Assembly (NCBI GenBank): GCA_937915675.1
Contig: CALGID010000001.1
Span: 23,504-87,503 of the forward strand
DNA from: an uncultured Anaerolineaceae bacterium
Lineage (GTDB): Bacteria; Chloroflexota; Anaerolineae; Anaerolineales; Anaerolineaceae
Reading direction: 5' to 3'
DNA length: 64,000 nucleotides
Below are positions 30,101 to 38,173 of the stretch, one piece after another. Made by a program: the position numbers and the translations under genes. The notes under the pieces were generated by a model that was not told the origin of the DNA, made no database searches, and saw only the letters and a program-made list of their open reading frames with translations. Position 1 is the first letter of the stretch; each line of letters starts with the position of its first letter.

Positions 30101-30330
30101 TCAACCTCCGGCAAGTGCCCTTGGGTTCGAGTTTATTTCCATTAATGCCGGATGGGACCCGCTATTGGATGCCTTTCTGGGTCAATGACCTGGGGGCCTA
30201 TCTGTTAAACAAACCTTTGGGTGTGATGCTGCTGGCCCCGTATGGGAAGGCAGGCGTGGGGCAGGCTTATTTCGTCCCGATCAAAGTGACTGGCTACCCA
30301 ATCCAATACATGCCAGTGATTAGCAAGTAG
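27112..30330 (+). CDS. Secreted subtilisin-like serine protease (S8) with a PA domain
   Basis: Signal peptide MKFFKLLAFILIIAMLTSPVAAQ. Triad contexts VAVIDTGID, NGHGTHVAST, GTSMAAPHVAG. PA insert FQGKVALILRGTCTFETK. Ends in QYMPVISK. Confidence 0.9.
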   Translation: MKFFKLLAFILIIAMLTSPVAAQSSFPPAEDLPPKELPIRPVPEEFKAAFREGMSIEEFIQNFKGPIPRALWPYTDLPLTVIVELDDEPLVPRLKALAAECEDLADVQKRHPELTNAVKLQQDLLLDRIARTNTSFARMVHEADFSRYSLVLNGYRMSVPASQIASLEKVPGVKRVSIAREYLPNLAYSVPLIKADQVWSMIDGTTGYTGKGVTVAVIDTGIDYTHMMFGTTGNPALYANNDPTVIENGSFPTFKVVGGIDLAGTNYNASNRTDPAVYTPMPDPDPLDENGHGTHVASTVAGLNAGWGTGVAPDVELVAIKIFGANGSTNLVIDGIERAMDPNADGFINDKVDIANLSVGSAWGVADPDDPEMQAVENASAAGVFMAISAGNEGDNSYIAGAPSVSDSGISVASTATGQSALPWVSFNSPTGDTLKVHYMPTANTISNRVGGDLVYAGTVVTDGNARLCDAGKLTSPDAFQGKVALILRGTCTFETKLNNAQAAGAIFALVFDAASKDRMTMAVGDATLPAGFITATEAGLLRSLAPVPVLVGTPGDAEYIATEAAVNTISDFSSRGPRGYDSKLKPEISAPGGGIFAAMMGSGNKGVTMSGTSMAAPHVAGVAALVKEAHPNWTVEQIKAALMNTAAPFTAEPVDIARQGAGHVDAFAAVSTDVVAIGDPKLVSLSWGLVEMGPGMFESTKQIHLRNFGTAAATYAIGFEFSRSDAPGLGFSFGVGDLVVPPNGGMTSRDITLSIDPSLLPPYKYYGYGLEQVLLPNEFSGFLTLTENTTGQVLRIPWMVVVRPYEVVSLLPDTPAAEIDYRVDGEKIVNRDPYADNYAGALETATVYMTSPNDPMFKDAAEVRYVGFDYLESIGINVVNFAMWGPVHSPQPYFDEIDLLVDVDRDGEVDYTFFNFNLQNLGYSDDANLWWLAVVDAKAGTVDYAGDWANIYTDFNSGWQQWFLELDLYGIDDTATVLVASFDGLGQAKVVGQADINLRQVPLGSSLFPLMPDGTRYWMPFWVNDLGAYLLNKPLGVMLLAPYGKAGVGQAYFVPIKVTGYPIQYMPVISK

Positions 30331-30349
30331 TTCCTAAGATTCTTGCATG

Positions 30350-30384
30350 GCAGGGCTGAGCAAACTCAGCCCTGCTTTTGTATT
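30350..30384 (+). terminator. Rho-independent terminator
   Basis: GCAGGGCTGAG-CAAA-CTCAGCCCTGC followed by TTTTGTATT. Confidence 0.8.
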
Positions 30385-30546
30385 GCTGGAATAGGGAAAC
30401 CTGCAATGGATGCTCTGGGTATGCTTATCCTGGCTGACGCACCGCCTTGCAGCACCCAGTTGCTTTATACACCCCGGGCAATGCCCCTCGCATCGGCTAT
30501 CCCGGATGGGTATACTTGCAAATCATGCCCCATAAAAAGGAAAACC

Positions 30547-31536
30547 ATGCTCTTTATTGACAACGAAAACCAACACGACGCCCGCGTCAACCTCGCCATC
30601 GAAGAATACATCATCCGCAATATTGCCCCCCAGGAGGAGATCCTCTTCTTCTACATCAACGGGCCTTCCATCATCATCGGCCGCAACCAAAACACGATCG
30701 AAGAGATCAACGTGGACCACGTGGAGGCAAACGGCATCACGGTCGTGCGGCGCCTATCCGGCGGAGGAGCGGTCTATCACGATCTGGGCAACCTGAATTT
30801 CAGCTTCATTGCCCCCAATTCAGTGGGCAATTTCCATAACTTCCGCAAATTTACCCAACCCGTAATCGATGTCCTGCAAGCCATGGGCGTGCCAGCCGAA
30901 CTCTCCGGCCGCAATGACATTTTGGCCGATGGCCGCAAGATCAGCGGAAATGCCCAGTACGTCAGCGGACCGCGCATGGTCAGCCACGGCACCCTGCTCT
31001 GGGATACTGACCTGAGCGTGGTGGGGGAGAGCCTGCGCGTCAAGCAGGCCAAAATTGAAAGCAAGGGCATCAAGAGCGTGCGCAGCCGGGTGGCCAACAT
31101 CACTGAATTCCTGCCCGAACCGCACATGGACATCATGGCCTTTCGGCAGAAGATCATCGATGGTGTTTTTGCCGGCGGTGAATTGCGCCAGTACCAGCTC
31201 ACCGCGGATGACTGGAAAGGCATCATGGCCCTCTCCAAAAGCCGCTACCAAACCTGGGATTGGAATTACGGCCGCTCGCCGGCCTTTAACCTCAAGCGCG
31301 AAACCCGTTACCCGGGCGGCGGCATCGAGGCTTTGCTTGAAGTGGAAAAAGGCAGGGTCCAGGGCCTGAAGTTTTACGGCGACTTTTTCGGTCAGCGCGA
31401 TGTAGCCGAACTGGAGCAAAAGCTGCTGGGCTGCCGCTACGAGCCGGAAGCGCTGCGGGCTTGCCTGGGCGGCGTGGAAATTGGGAATTACTTCGTGAAC
31501 TTCGGCCTGGACGAACTTATCAGCCTGCTTTATTGA
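30547..31536 (+). CDS. lplA: Lipoate-protein ligase A
   Basis: Start at ATG 30547 (MLFIDNENQHDARVNLAIEEYI). GRNQN and RRLSGGGAVYHD motifs typical of LplA. The N-terminal extension in the ORF track has no homolog-like sequence. Confidence 0.85.
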   Translation: MLFIDNENQHDARVNLAIEEYIIRNIAPQEEILFFYINGPSIIIGRNQNTIEEINVDHVEANGITVVRRLSGGGAVYHDLGNLNFSFIAPNSVGNFHNFRKFTQPVIDVLQAMGVPAELSGRNDILADGRKISGNAQYVSGPRMVSHGTLLWDTDLSVVGESLRVKQAKIESKGIKSVRSRVANITEFLPEPHMDIMAFRQKIIDGVFAGGELRQYQLTADDWKGIMALSKSRYQTWDWNYGRSPAFNLKRETRYPGGGIEALLEVEKGRVQGLKFYGDFFGQRDVAELEQKLLGCRYEPEALRACLGGVEIGNYFVNFGLDELISLLY

Positions 31537-31543
31537 GCGCACC

Positions 31544-31596
31544 TTATCGTATTACGATAATTATATATTGACAAACGATAAATTATCATTTATACT
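31544..31596 (+). promoter_or_regulatory. Sigma-70-like promoter (TTGACA-17-TATACT) flanked and overlapped by palindromic operators
   Basis: -35 TTGACA at 31568..31573, 17-nt spacer, -10 TATACT at 31591..31596. Perfect 17-bp palindrome TTATCGTA-T-TACGATAA at 31544..31560. Related ACGATAA-A-TTATCAT at 31575..31589, inside the spacer. GGAGGTG Shine-Dalgarno before ATG 31618. Confidence 0.6.
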
Positions 31597-31617
31597 TCGG
31601 GTATTGACGGAGGTGAA

Positions 31618-32088
31618 ATGAATCGTTTGCGCACAATTATCATGCAAGTGGGGGTGGGCTTGGGGGTCATGATCCTGCTCTACCTGATGGCTTTCAGCCT
31701 TGAGTATTCAGTTGCCTATGCCCAGAACTACCCGGAGCTCGCCCACATGCGCGGCCCAGTAGTTTTTCTGGTCATTTGCGCGCTGGCAGCCGGCACCGCC
31801 ATCCTGGTACTGGGGTTCCTGCTCCTGGAGCGCGTCCGGCGGAACATCGCCTTCGCGCCTCAAACAGTAAAGCTGCTGCGGGCGATCGCCTGGATTTCCT
31901 TTGGCGCGGTTCTGCCGCTGCTCTTGCTTGGCGTTTACACCGAGGCCAACGTGGCTTCTTCCATTACCAACCTCTATGTTTATGGCCTGATGGCCCTCGC
32001 GTTCATGCTGGGCAACCTCTTTATGCTTCTGGCAGCCTTGTTCCAGAACGCGGTGAGCTACAAGCAGGAAGTAGACCTCACGGTGTAG
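31618..32088 (+). CDS. DUF2975-like membrane protein
   Basis: 156 aa with four hydrophobic helices. Immediately followed (2-nt gap) by a YozG-type HTH gene, the usual DUF2975 partner. Confidence 0.6.
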   Translation: MNRLRTIIMQVGVGLGVMILLYLMAFSLEYSVAYAQNYPELAHMRGPVVFLVICALAAGTAILVLGFLLLERVRRNIAFAPQTVKLLRAIAWISFGAVLPLLLLGVYTEANVASSITNLYVYGLMALAFMLGNLFMLLAALFQNAVSYKQEVDLTV

Positions 32089-32089
32089 C

Positions 32090-32308
32090 ATGGCGATCAT
32101 CGTGAACCTGGATGTAGTGCTCGCTCAACGCAAAATGTCGCTCACAGAGCTCTCTGAACGGGTGGGTATCACCCTGGCCAATCTTTCCAACCTCAAAACG
32201 GGGAAGGCCCAGGCAGTGCGTTTCAGCACCCTGGATGCCATCTGCAAAGCCCTGGATTGCCAGCCTGGGGAAATTTTGGAGTACCGGCCTGAAACCTGCC
32301 GTTCTTAA
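32090..32308 (+). CDS. XRE/YozG-type small HTH transcriptional regulator
   Basis: 72 aa. MAIIVNLDVVLAQRKMSLTELSERVGITLANLSNLKTGKAQAVRFSTLDAICKALDCQPGEILEY matches the COG3655-type layout. Confidence 0.8.
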   Translation: MAIIVNLDVVLAQRKMSLTELSERVGITLANLSNLKTGKAQAVRFSTLDAICKALDCQPGEILEYRPETCRS

Positions 32309-33348
32309 CGGCTTGAACTTGCCTGATCGTTCAGATCGCCCGATTCCCGGCCCGGCCCATCATCTGGCGATCCTGGAGGCAGGGGCGCCCGCAGCTTTTG
32401 AGCGGCGGCACGCTTGCTCTCCTCGGAACGCCGGTCGTAACGCCGGGTCGTGTCGGTGGAGGCATGCCCGGCAATCGCGCTCACCGTTAACACGTCCACT
32501 TCGGCGTCCAGCAAATGAGTGATGGCCGTACGCCGCAGGTCGTGCGGGCTGAAGGCCTCCAGGCCGGCCTGCAGCGCGCGGCGGCCAAGCAGGTAGTAGA
32601 TGGCCTGCGGGCTCAGCCGGCGCAATACGATTTTCCCGCCCTTGCTCACCCGGCAAAACAGCGGGCCCAGTCGCCGGCCGCGCAAATCCAGCCAGCTCTG
32701 CAAACTCAATAGCGCGGAAGGCGAAAGATACACGTACCGCCGCTTGCTCCCCTTGCCCTGAACGCGCAGGCGGGCTTCCTCCACGGAAAGGTCCGCCAGG
32801 TTCAGGTCCACAACTTCCTGGCGGCGTAAGGCGCCAACATAAAGCGTTGAGATTAGGGCTGCATCGCGCACGCCCAGGTTGGGGTTGCCTTCGTCCGCCA
32901 GGCAAGCCGCCACCAGGGCTTGCAGTTCATCTTCCTTCAAAGCCCTTCCGCGCGGAAGGGCTTCATTGCGCAGGGAGCGCACCGCGGCCGCCTGGTAGTA
33001 GCTGTTGTGGTCGCTGTAAAGCCCCAGGCGGTAGGCTTCTTCCAGCACCCGGCGCAACGCAACCAGGTGCTTGTTCACCGAGGATTTGGCGTAGCCAATA
33101 TCCACCATGTAAGCTGCCAGGCTGGAGGTCTGTTCGTAGCGCAGGTTCTGCCAGGCGAATTGCAGCGGGTCGTCCAATTTGCCTTCAGAAAAAATCCCCG
33201 CCAGGTTGGCCAGTGCCGTGGCCTGCGTGCGCCTGCCGCTGGGGGAGAGCGTGTTCAGGTAAGCTTCGGCCGGGGAAGGCTGCCCGGCTTCTGCCCAAAC
33301 CAGCTGGGCAGTCAGGGGGGTAGGGTGGGGTTTAGCGCTTGCAGGCAT
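32305..33348 (-). CDS. Tyrosine site-specific recombinase/integrase
   Basis: Catalytic signature regions GALRRQEV, HDLRRTAITHLL and GHASTDTTRRY. An N-terminal SAM-like domain. An unusual Pro/Ser/Gly-rich C-terminal extension. Confidence 0.88.
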   Translation of the reverse strand: MPASAKPHPTPLTAQLVWAEAGQPSPAEAYLNTLSPSGRRTQATALANLAGIFSEGKLDDPLQFAWQNLRYEQTSSLAAYMVDIGYAKSSVNKHLVALRRVLEEAYRLGLYSDHNSYYQAAAVRSLRNEALPRGRALKEDELQALVAACLADEGNPNLGVRDAALISTLYVGALRRQEVVDLNLADLSVEEARLRVQGKGSKRRYVYLSPSALLSLQSWLDLRGRRLGPLFCRVSKGGKIVLRRLSPQAIYYLLGRRALQAGLEAFSPHDLRRTAITHLLDAEVDVLTVSAIAGHASTDTTRRYDRRSEESKRAAAQKLRAPLPPGSPDDGPGRESGDLNDQASSSR

Positions 33349-33351
33349 ACC

Positions 33352-33370
33352 GTATTCTCATAAGTAATTA
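33352..33370 (+). repeat. 19-bp exact direct repeat, copy 1 (GTATTCTCATAAGTAATTA), 4 nt from the integrase start codon
   Basis: Identical 19-mer found again at 34034..34052. Confidence 0.9.
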
Positions 33371-33447
33371 TAAATGCACCTGCCCCTTAGTGTTCCGGAA
33401 AACCGGTGGGGAGTAAAATTGTCGTCAAAAGAATACCGGAGGGGATA

Positions 33448-33831
33448 ATGATCGATTTCAGCAATAAAGTTTTATTCAAATTAAAGCCCGTAGACAATCG
33501 CTCTTTTTGGAATATGATTGCGCCGCTCTTCCTGCCAGGTGAGACGCTGCTCGCCTCGTTTCAGGCCTTGCGCGATGGCGTGGTCTTTACCAATAAGCGT
33601 ATTATTACCATCAACGTGCAGGGCATCACCGGGGCCAAAAAGGATTTCACCACATTGCCGTATTCCAAGATCCAGGCTTTCTCAGTAGAAACTGCCGGCA
33701 TTCTGGATAACGATAGCGAGCTGGACCTTTGGTTCGCCAACCTTGGCCGCGTCCGCCTGGAATTTACCCGCGGGACGGACGTAGCTGGAATCTGCCGCAC
33801 GATCAGTGAATTTACCCTGCAGTCAGCGTAA
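33448..33831 (+). CDS. Bacterial PH-domain (YokE-like) protein
   Basis: Start at ATG 33448 after GGAGGGG. FTNKRIITINVQGITGAKKDFTTLPYSKIQAFSVETAG is typical of bacterial PH (bPH) domains. Confidence 0.65.
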   Translation: MIDFSNKVLFKLKPVDNRSFWNMIAPLFLPGETLLASFQALRDGVVFTNKRIITINVQGITGAKKDFTTLPYSKIQAFSVETAGILDNDSELDLWFANLGRVRLEFTRGTDVAGICRTISEFTLQSA

Positions 33832-34033
33832 AACTCCCCCTGGCCTGGGGCAAAAGTGCGGCCTTAAATTAACCTGAGCCATCCTGCGCGCTCATTCTGA
33901 CCCTCCGCAAGCCAAGAGGAGTTGAGCGGAAGAATTGATAGCGTGTTTCAGCTTCAATCTTTGCCTCAGTGGGGCTTCATGAAGCTACAATTGCCTATGC
34001 GCAAAAATAATCACCTATGACTATCGAGAATAT

Positions 34034-34052
34034 GTATTCTCATAAGTAATTA
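34034..34052 (+). repeat. 19-bp exact direct repeat, copy 2
   Basis: GTATTCTCATAAGTAATTA. Here it is preceded by GAGAATA, forming the inverted repeat GAGAATA-TG-TATTCTC (34026..34041). Confidence 0.9.
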
Positions 34053-34084
34053 GCTGGGTCCTTAAAACCCCTGACCCCCTGCCC

Positions 34085-34116
34085 AAAAGAAAAGCGTGGA
34101 AGAAGGTCTTCCACGC
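34085..34116 (-). terminator. Rho-independent terminator of hcp
   Basis: On the minus strand: GCGTGGAAG-ACCTT-CTTCCACGC followed by TTTTCTTTTGGG, 23 nt after the hcp stop. Confidence 0.8.
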
Positions 34117-34138
34117 TCCTTTGTCTAAAATCTTGGGG

Positions 34139-35815
34139 TTACGCGCCAGCCATCATTGCCGCCACGTCGGCTTCAGCCTCCTGGGTGGGCATGAGATCAT
34201 AGGCCTGTACGATGGTCGCGGCCACATTCGGCGAAAGGAAGGCCGGCAGCGTGGGGCCAAGCCGGATCTTCTTGACGCCCAGGGAAAGCAGCGCCAGCAA
34301 GACGATCACAGCCTTTTGCTCGTACCAGGCGATATCGAATGAAAGCGGCAGCTCGTTCACGCTGCAGCCAAAGGCCTCGGCCAAAGCCTGCGCGATCACC
34401 ACCAGGCTGTAGCTGTCGTTGCACTGGCCGGCATCCAAAACCCGCGGAATCCCGCCAATCTCGCCCAGGCCCAGCTTGTTATAGCGGTACTTGGCACACC
34501 CGGCAGTGAGGATCACCGTGTCCTTGGGCAGGGCCAGGGCTACATCGGTGAAATACTGGCGTTCCTTATGCCGGCCGTCGCAGCCGCCCATCACCACAAA
34601 GCGCTTGATGGCGCCGCTCTTCACAGCTTCAATCACCTTATCGGCTACGGAAAGCACGGTCGCATGGGCATAACCGATCGGCAAGGTGCCGGTCTCAAGT
34701 TCATCCGGTCCGGGCAGGGTCTTCGCCATCTCGATTACAGCGCTAAAGTCCTTATGGCCGCCTTCGGGCCGATCCGCGATGTGCGGAACACCGGGGTAAC
34801 CGGTCATGCCGGTGGTAAAGATGCGTTCGCGGTAGGAATCCTTCAGCGGGATGATGCAGTTGGTGGTCATGAGGATGGGGCCATTAAAGCTGCCAAACTC
34901 TTCGCCCTGGTGCCACCAGGAACCGCCGTAGTTCCCCACCAGGTGGGGGTATTTCTTCAGCTCGGGGTAGGCATTCGTGGGCAGCATCTCGCCGTGGGTG
35001 TACACGTTCACGCCGGTACCTTCGGTCTGCTGCAGCAGTTCTTCCAGGTCCGGAAGGTCGTGCCCGCTCACCAGAATGCCCGGGCCGGGGCGCACGCCAA
35101 TATTTACATTGGTGGGCTCGGGGTTGCCGTAGCGTTCAGTGTTGGATTTATCCAGCAGGGCCATGGCTTTTACGCCAAACTCGCCGGTTTTCTGCACCCA
35201 ATCCAAAAGCTGGCTTACGTTCAGGTCCTGGGTAGTGGCGTCCAGCGCTTCCTGCATAAAGCCCAGGATGCTGGAATCCCGCCCCCCCACCAGGTAAGCG
35301 TGGTCCGTATACGCGGCCATGCCCTTCAGGCCGATGACGATCAATTGGCGCAGGGAGCGCAGGTCGGGGTCTTCATTCGGGTCGTGCGTGATGCCCACGG
35401 TAACGGCCTTCGTGAGCAGAGTGTCCATTTCATAATTCTCGGGATGCCATGCAGCCCAATCCGGGCCGGAGCCGGAGCAGTTGCTCTTGTGCAGCTCGTT
35501 GCAGCGCGCCTGGGCGTCCACGTGCAGGGCATCGCGGCGTTCGATGGCTTCTTTGATCAGCTCGACGAAGCGCTCTTCGTCGAAGTTGGCATTGGTGATC
35601 GTGGCAAAGAGGGCTTTGGCCACAAAAAGGTCGGTTTCAGGATGCTCCACACCCATATTGCGCCCGCGGCTGCCCCAGAATGAAATCCCTTTCAGCAGAT
35701 AAATCAAAAGATCCTGGAGGTTGGCAACGTCGGCAACTTTGCCGCACATACCGCGCCGGGTGCAACCCTGGTTCTTCATGGTTTCCTGGCATTGGTAACA
35801 GAACATATCGGTCAT
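34139..35815 (-). CDS. hcp: Hybrid-cluster protein / hydroxylamine reductase
   Basis: N-terminal MFCYQCQET...CTRRGMCGK cysteine motif; 558 aa, the canonical length and layout. Confidence 0.92.
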   Translation of the reverse strand: MTDMFCYQCQETMKNQGCTRRGMCGKVADVANLQDLLIYLLKGISFWGSRGRNMGVEHPETDLFVAKALFATITNANFDEERFVELIKEAIERRDALHVDAQARCNELHKSNCSGSGPDWAAWHPENYEMDTLLTKAVTVGITHDPNEDPDLRSLRQLIVIGLKGMAAYTDHAYLVGGRDSSILGFMQEALDATTQDLNVSQLLDWVQKTGEFGVKAMALLDKSNTERYGNPEPTNVNIGVRPGPGILVSGHDLPDLEELLQQTEGTGVNVYTHGEMLPTNAYPELKKYPHLVGNYGGSWWHQGEEFGSFNGPILMTTNCIIPLKDSYRERIFTTGMTGYPGVPHIADRPEGGHKDFSAVIEMAKTLPGPDELETGTLPIGYAHATVLSVADKVIEAVKSGAIKRFVVMGGCDGRHKERQYFTDVALALPKDTVILTAGCAKYRYNKLGLGEIGGIPRVLDAGQCNDSYSLVVIAQALAEAFGCSVNELPLSFDIAWYEQKAVIVLLALLSLGVKKIRLGPTLPAFLSPNVAATIVQAYDLMPTQEAEADVAAMMAGA

Positions 35816-36156
35816 AGACTGTCTCCTTGGTAGTTTTGCATTATTCTAAACGAAGTTTGTGTTTTTGTGGATTATTAATACCAAATTTAGTGTAATTAAG
35901 TTGCATCCATCGAATTAGTAGTTACGCGCAGTTTCTTGGTCTCCGCTTCGCCGTTAATGCCGCTGGCTGAGGGTGATTATTGCTCTCCTCTAACGCCACC
36001 AACTCCAAAAATATCACCTGTATCAAAGCGCCGCGCCTTCACTGGAAGGGATGCAGAGACATAGCAGCCAAAGCTTTTCACTGGATTTGACTGGGGTACT
36101 TTCAATCTGCTATCCTTTTTTCCTATCGGTCGAGGAATGGATGAAAGGAGCCTCGG

Positions 36157-37149
36157 ATGAAAACTTTTCTTGCTACTACCGGCAACGGCATCGCCCGGGC
36201 CGAACCCCAGGATGAGCACACCTGGAAAGTATCCCACCTGCTTGCCGGCCAACGGGTCTTCTGCCTGGCGGCCGACCCCCACGAACAAGGCGCCATTTTC
36301 GCCGGCACGGAAAGCAGCGGTGTGCTGCGCTCCGCCGATGGCGGCAAAACCTGGCTGCCCGCGGGCCTGGCGGACCAAAACGTCAAGGCCATCCAGGTCA
36401 GCCCCATCCTGCCCGGCACGGTCTACGCTGGCACCAAGCCCGCCATGATCTTCGTCTCGCGCGATCACGGCCAAAATTGGCAGGAGCTGCCTGCCTTTCG
36501 CCAGATCCCTTCCCGGCGCTTTTGGTTCTCGCCGGCAGAAAAGCCCCACCATGCCTACATCCAGGGGATCGCCCTCTCACCAACGGACGAAAATCTGATC
36601 CTGGCTGGAATCGAAGCCGGGGCGGTCGTGCGCAGCAGCGATGGCGGCCAAACCTGGGAAGACCACCGCAAGGGCGCCCTGCGGGACTGTCACAGCATCA
36701 CATTCCATCATTCTCTGGGCAACTGGGCCTATGAAGGCGGCGGCACTGGTGCAGGCAATGCCTTCAGCCAGGACGGGGGCGAAACCTGGACGCAAAACCG
36801 GGCTGAAAAGCGCCTGACCTACGGCTGGGCCTGCGCTGCCGACCCCTTGGATCCCCGTATCTTCTACTTTTCGGTTTCCCCCTCGCCGATGAAGGCCCAT
36901 AGCCAGGACGACGCGCGCGCTTACATCTTCCGTAGGGATGCCAGCGGTAATTGGGTGAAACTCGGCGGCGGTCTGCCCCAACCGCTTAAGCACATGCCCT
37001 ACGCCCTGCTTACCGATCCCGCCGCTCCCGGCCACCTCTACGCGGGGCTGAGCAATGGAGCTCTGTGGCATACCCCTGACCATGGAAACACCTGGCGGCA
37101 GCTGCCCCTCAACCTGGGGATCATCCATCGGGTCATGATCATGCTCTAA
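36157..37149 (+). CDS. BNR/Asp-box repeat beta-propeller protein (Ycf48/sialidase-like fold), no signal peptide
   Basis: Five Asp-box motifs: SADGGKTW, SRDHGQNW, SSDGGQTW, SQDGGETW, TPDHGNTW. AAAGGAG Shine-Dalgarno. Confidence 0.75.
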   Translation: MKTFLATTGNGIARAEPQDEHTWKVSHLLAGQRVFCLAADPHEQGAIFAGTESSGVLRSADGGKTWLPAGLADQNVKAIQVSPILPGTVYAGTKPAMIFVSRDHGQNWQELPAFRQIPSRRFWFSPAEKPHHAYIQGIALSPTDENLILAGIEAGAVVRSSDGGQTWEDHRKGALRDCHSITFHHSLGNWAYEGGGTGAGNAFSQDGGETWTQNRAEKRLTYGWACAADPLDPRIFYFSVSPSPMKAHSQDDARAYIFRRDASGNWVKLGGGLPQPLKHMPYALLTDPAAPGHLYAGLSNGALWHTPDHGNTWRQLPLNLGIIHRVMIML

Positions 37150-37182
37150 GGCAAGGCATCCCACCGGTCAAACCCTGGTATC

Positions 37183-38141
37183 GTTGTAGGGGTCGAGCCT
37201 ATAGACAGTCGTAGGGGTCGACCACTTGAGTCGACCCACAGCGATAGGCATCGGTACCGTTGTAGGGGTCGGGCAATAGGCCCGACCCACCCAATCACCC
37301 TCATCCAGCAGTGCCCTTAATGCCTAGTTGATCGTCGTAGGGGATCGGCCACTTGTGTCGACCCACGGCGATAGGCATCCCACCGGTACCGTTGTAGGGT
37401 CGGGCCTACCGCCCGACCCGCATGGGTGAACCTTCCTATTATTTCCCGAGCTCCAGACGATCAATGTAGGGGTCGACCACTTGTGTCGACCCGCGGTGGA
37501 GGGCCTCCCATCGGTACCGTTGTAGGGTCGGGCCTACCGCCCGACCCGCATAGGTGAACCTTCCTATTTTTCCCCGAGCTCCAGACGATCAATGTGAGGA
37601 TCGACCACTTGTGTCGACCCGCGGGAATGGGCCTCCCATCGGTAACGTTGTAGGGGTCGGGCCTACTGCCCGACCCGCATGGGTGAACCTTCCTATTTTT
37701 CCCCGAGCTCCAGACGATCAATGTGGGGATCGACCACTTGTGTCGACCCACGGCGATAGGCCTCCCACCAGTACCGTTGTTGGGGTCGGGCCTACAGCCC
37801 GACCCGCTAAATCACGCCCATCAAGCGGTGCCCTTATTGCCTAGTTGATAGTCGTAGGGGTCGACCACTTGTGTCGACCCACAGTGATAGGCCACCCGTC
37901 TCGCAGTTGTTGGGGTCGAGCCTATTGCCCGACCCGCATGGGTGAACCTTCCTATTATTTCCCGAACTCCAGACGATCAATGTGGGGATCGACCACTTGT
38001 GTCGACCCACGGCGACAGGCCTCCCACCAGTACCGTTGTTGGGGTCGGACCTACTGCCCGACCCGCTAAATCGCGCTCATCCAGCGGTGCCCTTAATGCC
38101 CAGTTGATAGTCGTAGGGGTCGACCACTTGTGTCGACCCCC
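37183..38141. repeat. Mosaic (BIME-like) array of two alternating hairpin repeats with two linker types
   Basis: Eight copies of hairpin A (GTAGGGGTCGAC-CACTTGT-GTCGACCC) alternate with eight copies of hairpin B (GTAGGGTCGGGC-CTACN-GCCCGACCC). Period is about 120-150 bp. The linkers are themselves conserved. Confidence 0.9.
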
Positions 38142-38173
38142 ATGGGTAATCCTTTTCCCAAAATAAGTACGCC

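Noticed and set aside
33352-34052. Calling the integrase/PH-gene locus a classical integron
   Set aside because: The repeats are direct 19-mers without the R''-L''/L'-R' imperfect palindrome architecture or the GTTRRRY cores of attC. There is only one cassette-like unit. I cannot verify the IntI-specific insertion in the recombinase. It is kept as a finding only under the looser description 'cassette-like'.
34568-35683. 371-aa ORF on the plus strand
   Set aside because: It is antisense to the confidently identified hcp gene and has Gly/Ala/Val-rich composition typical of GC-rich antisense frames. The same reasoning applies to 19892..20935 (+), 9477..10373 (+), 7339..8019 (+), 16429..17199 (-), 17037..17804 (-), 18555..19148 (-), 30820..31542 (-) and 1..564 (+).
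35977-36552. 191-aa minus-strand ORF upstream of hcp
   Set aside because: It overlaps the start of the BNR/Asp-box gene, which has five clean Asp-box motifs and a good Shine-Dalgarno. The minus-strand frame has Arg/Gly/Ala-rich shadow composition.
37461-37844. 96-aa ORFs on both strands (37461..37751 minus, 37554..37844 plus), and 37845..38166
   Set aside because: They are generated by the repeat array, so the peptides are internally repetitive copies of translated hairpins. No start signals are present.
37183-38141. Possible CRISPR array, because of the regular ~120-150-bp periodicity of palindromic repeats
   Set aside because: The sequences between the repeats are themselves conserved (two linker types). 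Two different hairpins alternate. The period is far longer than a CRISPR repeat-plus-spacer unit. No cas genes are present.
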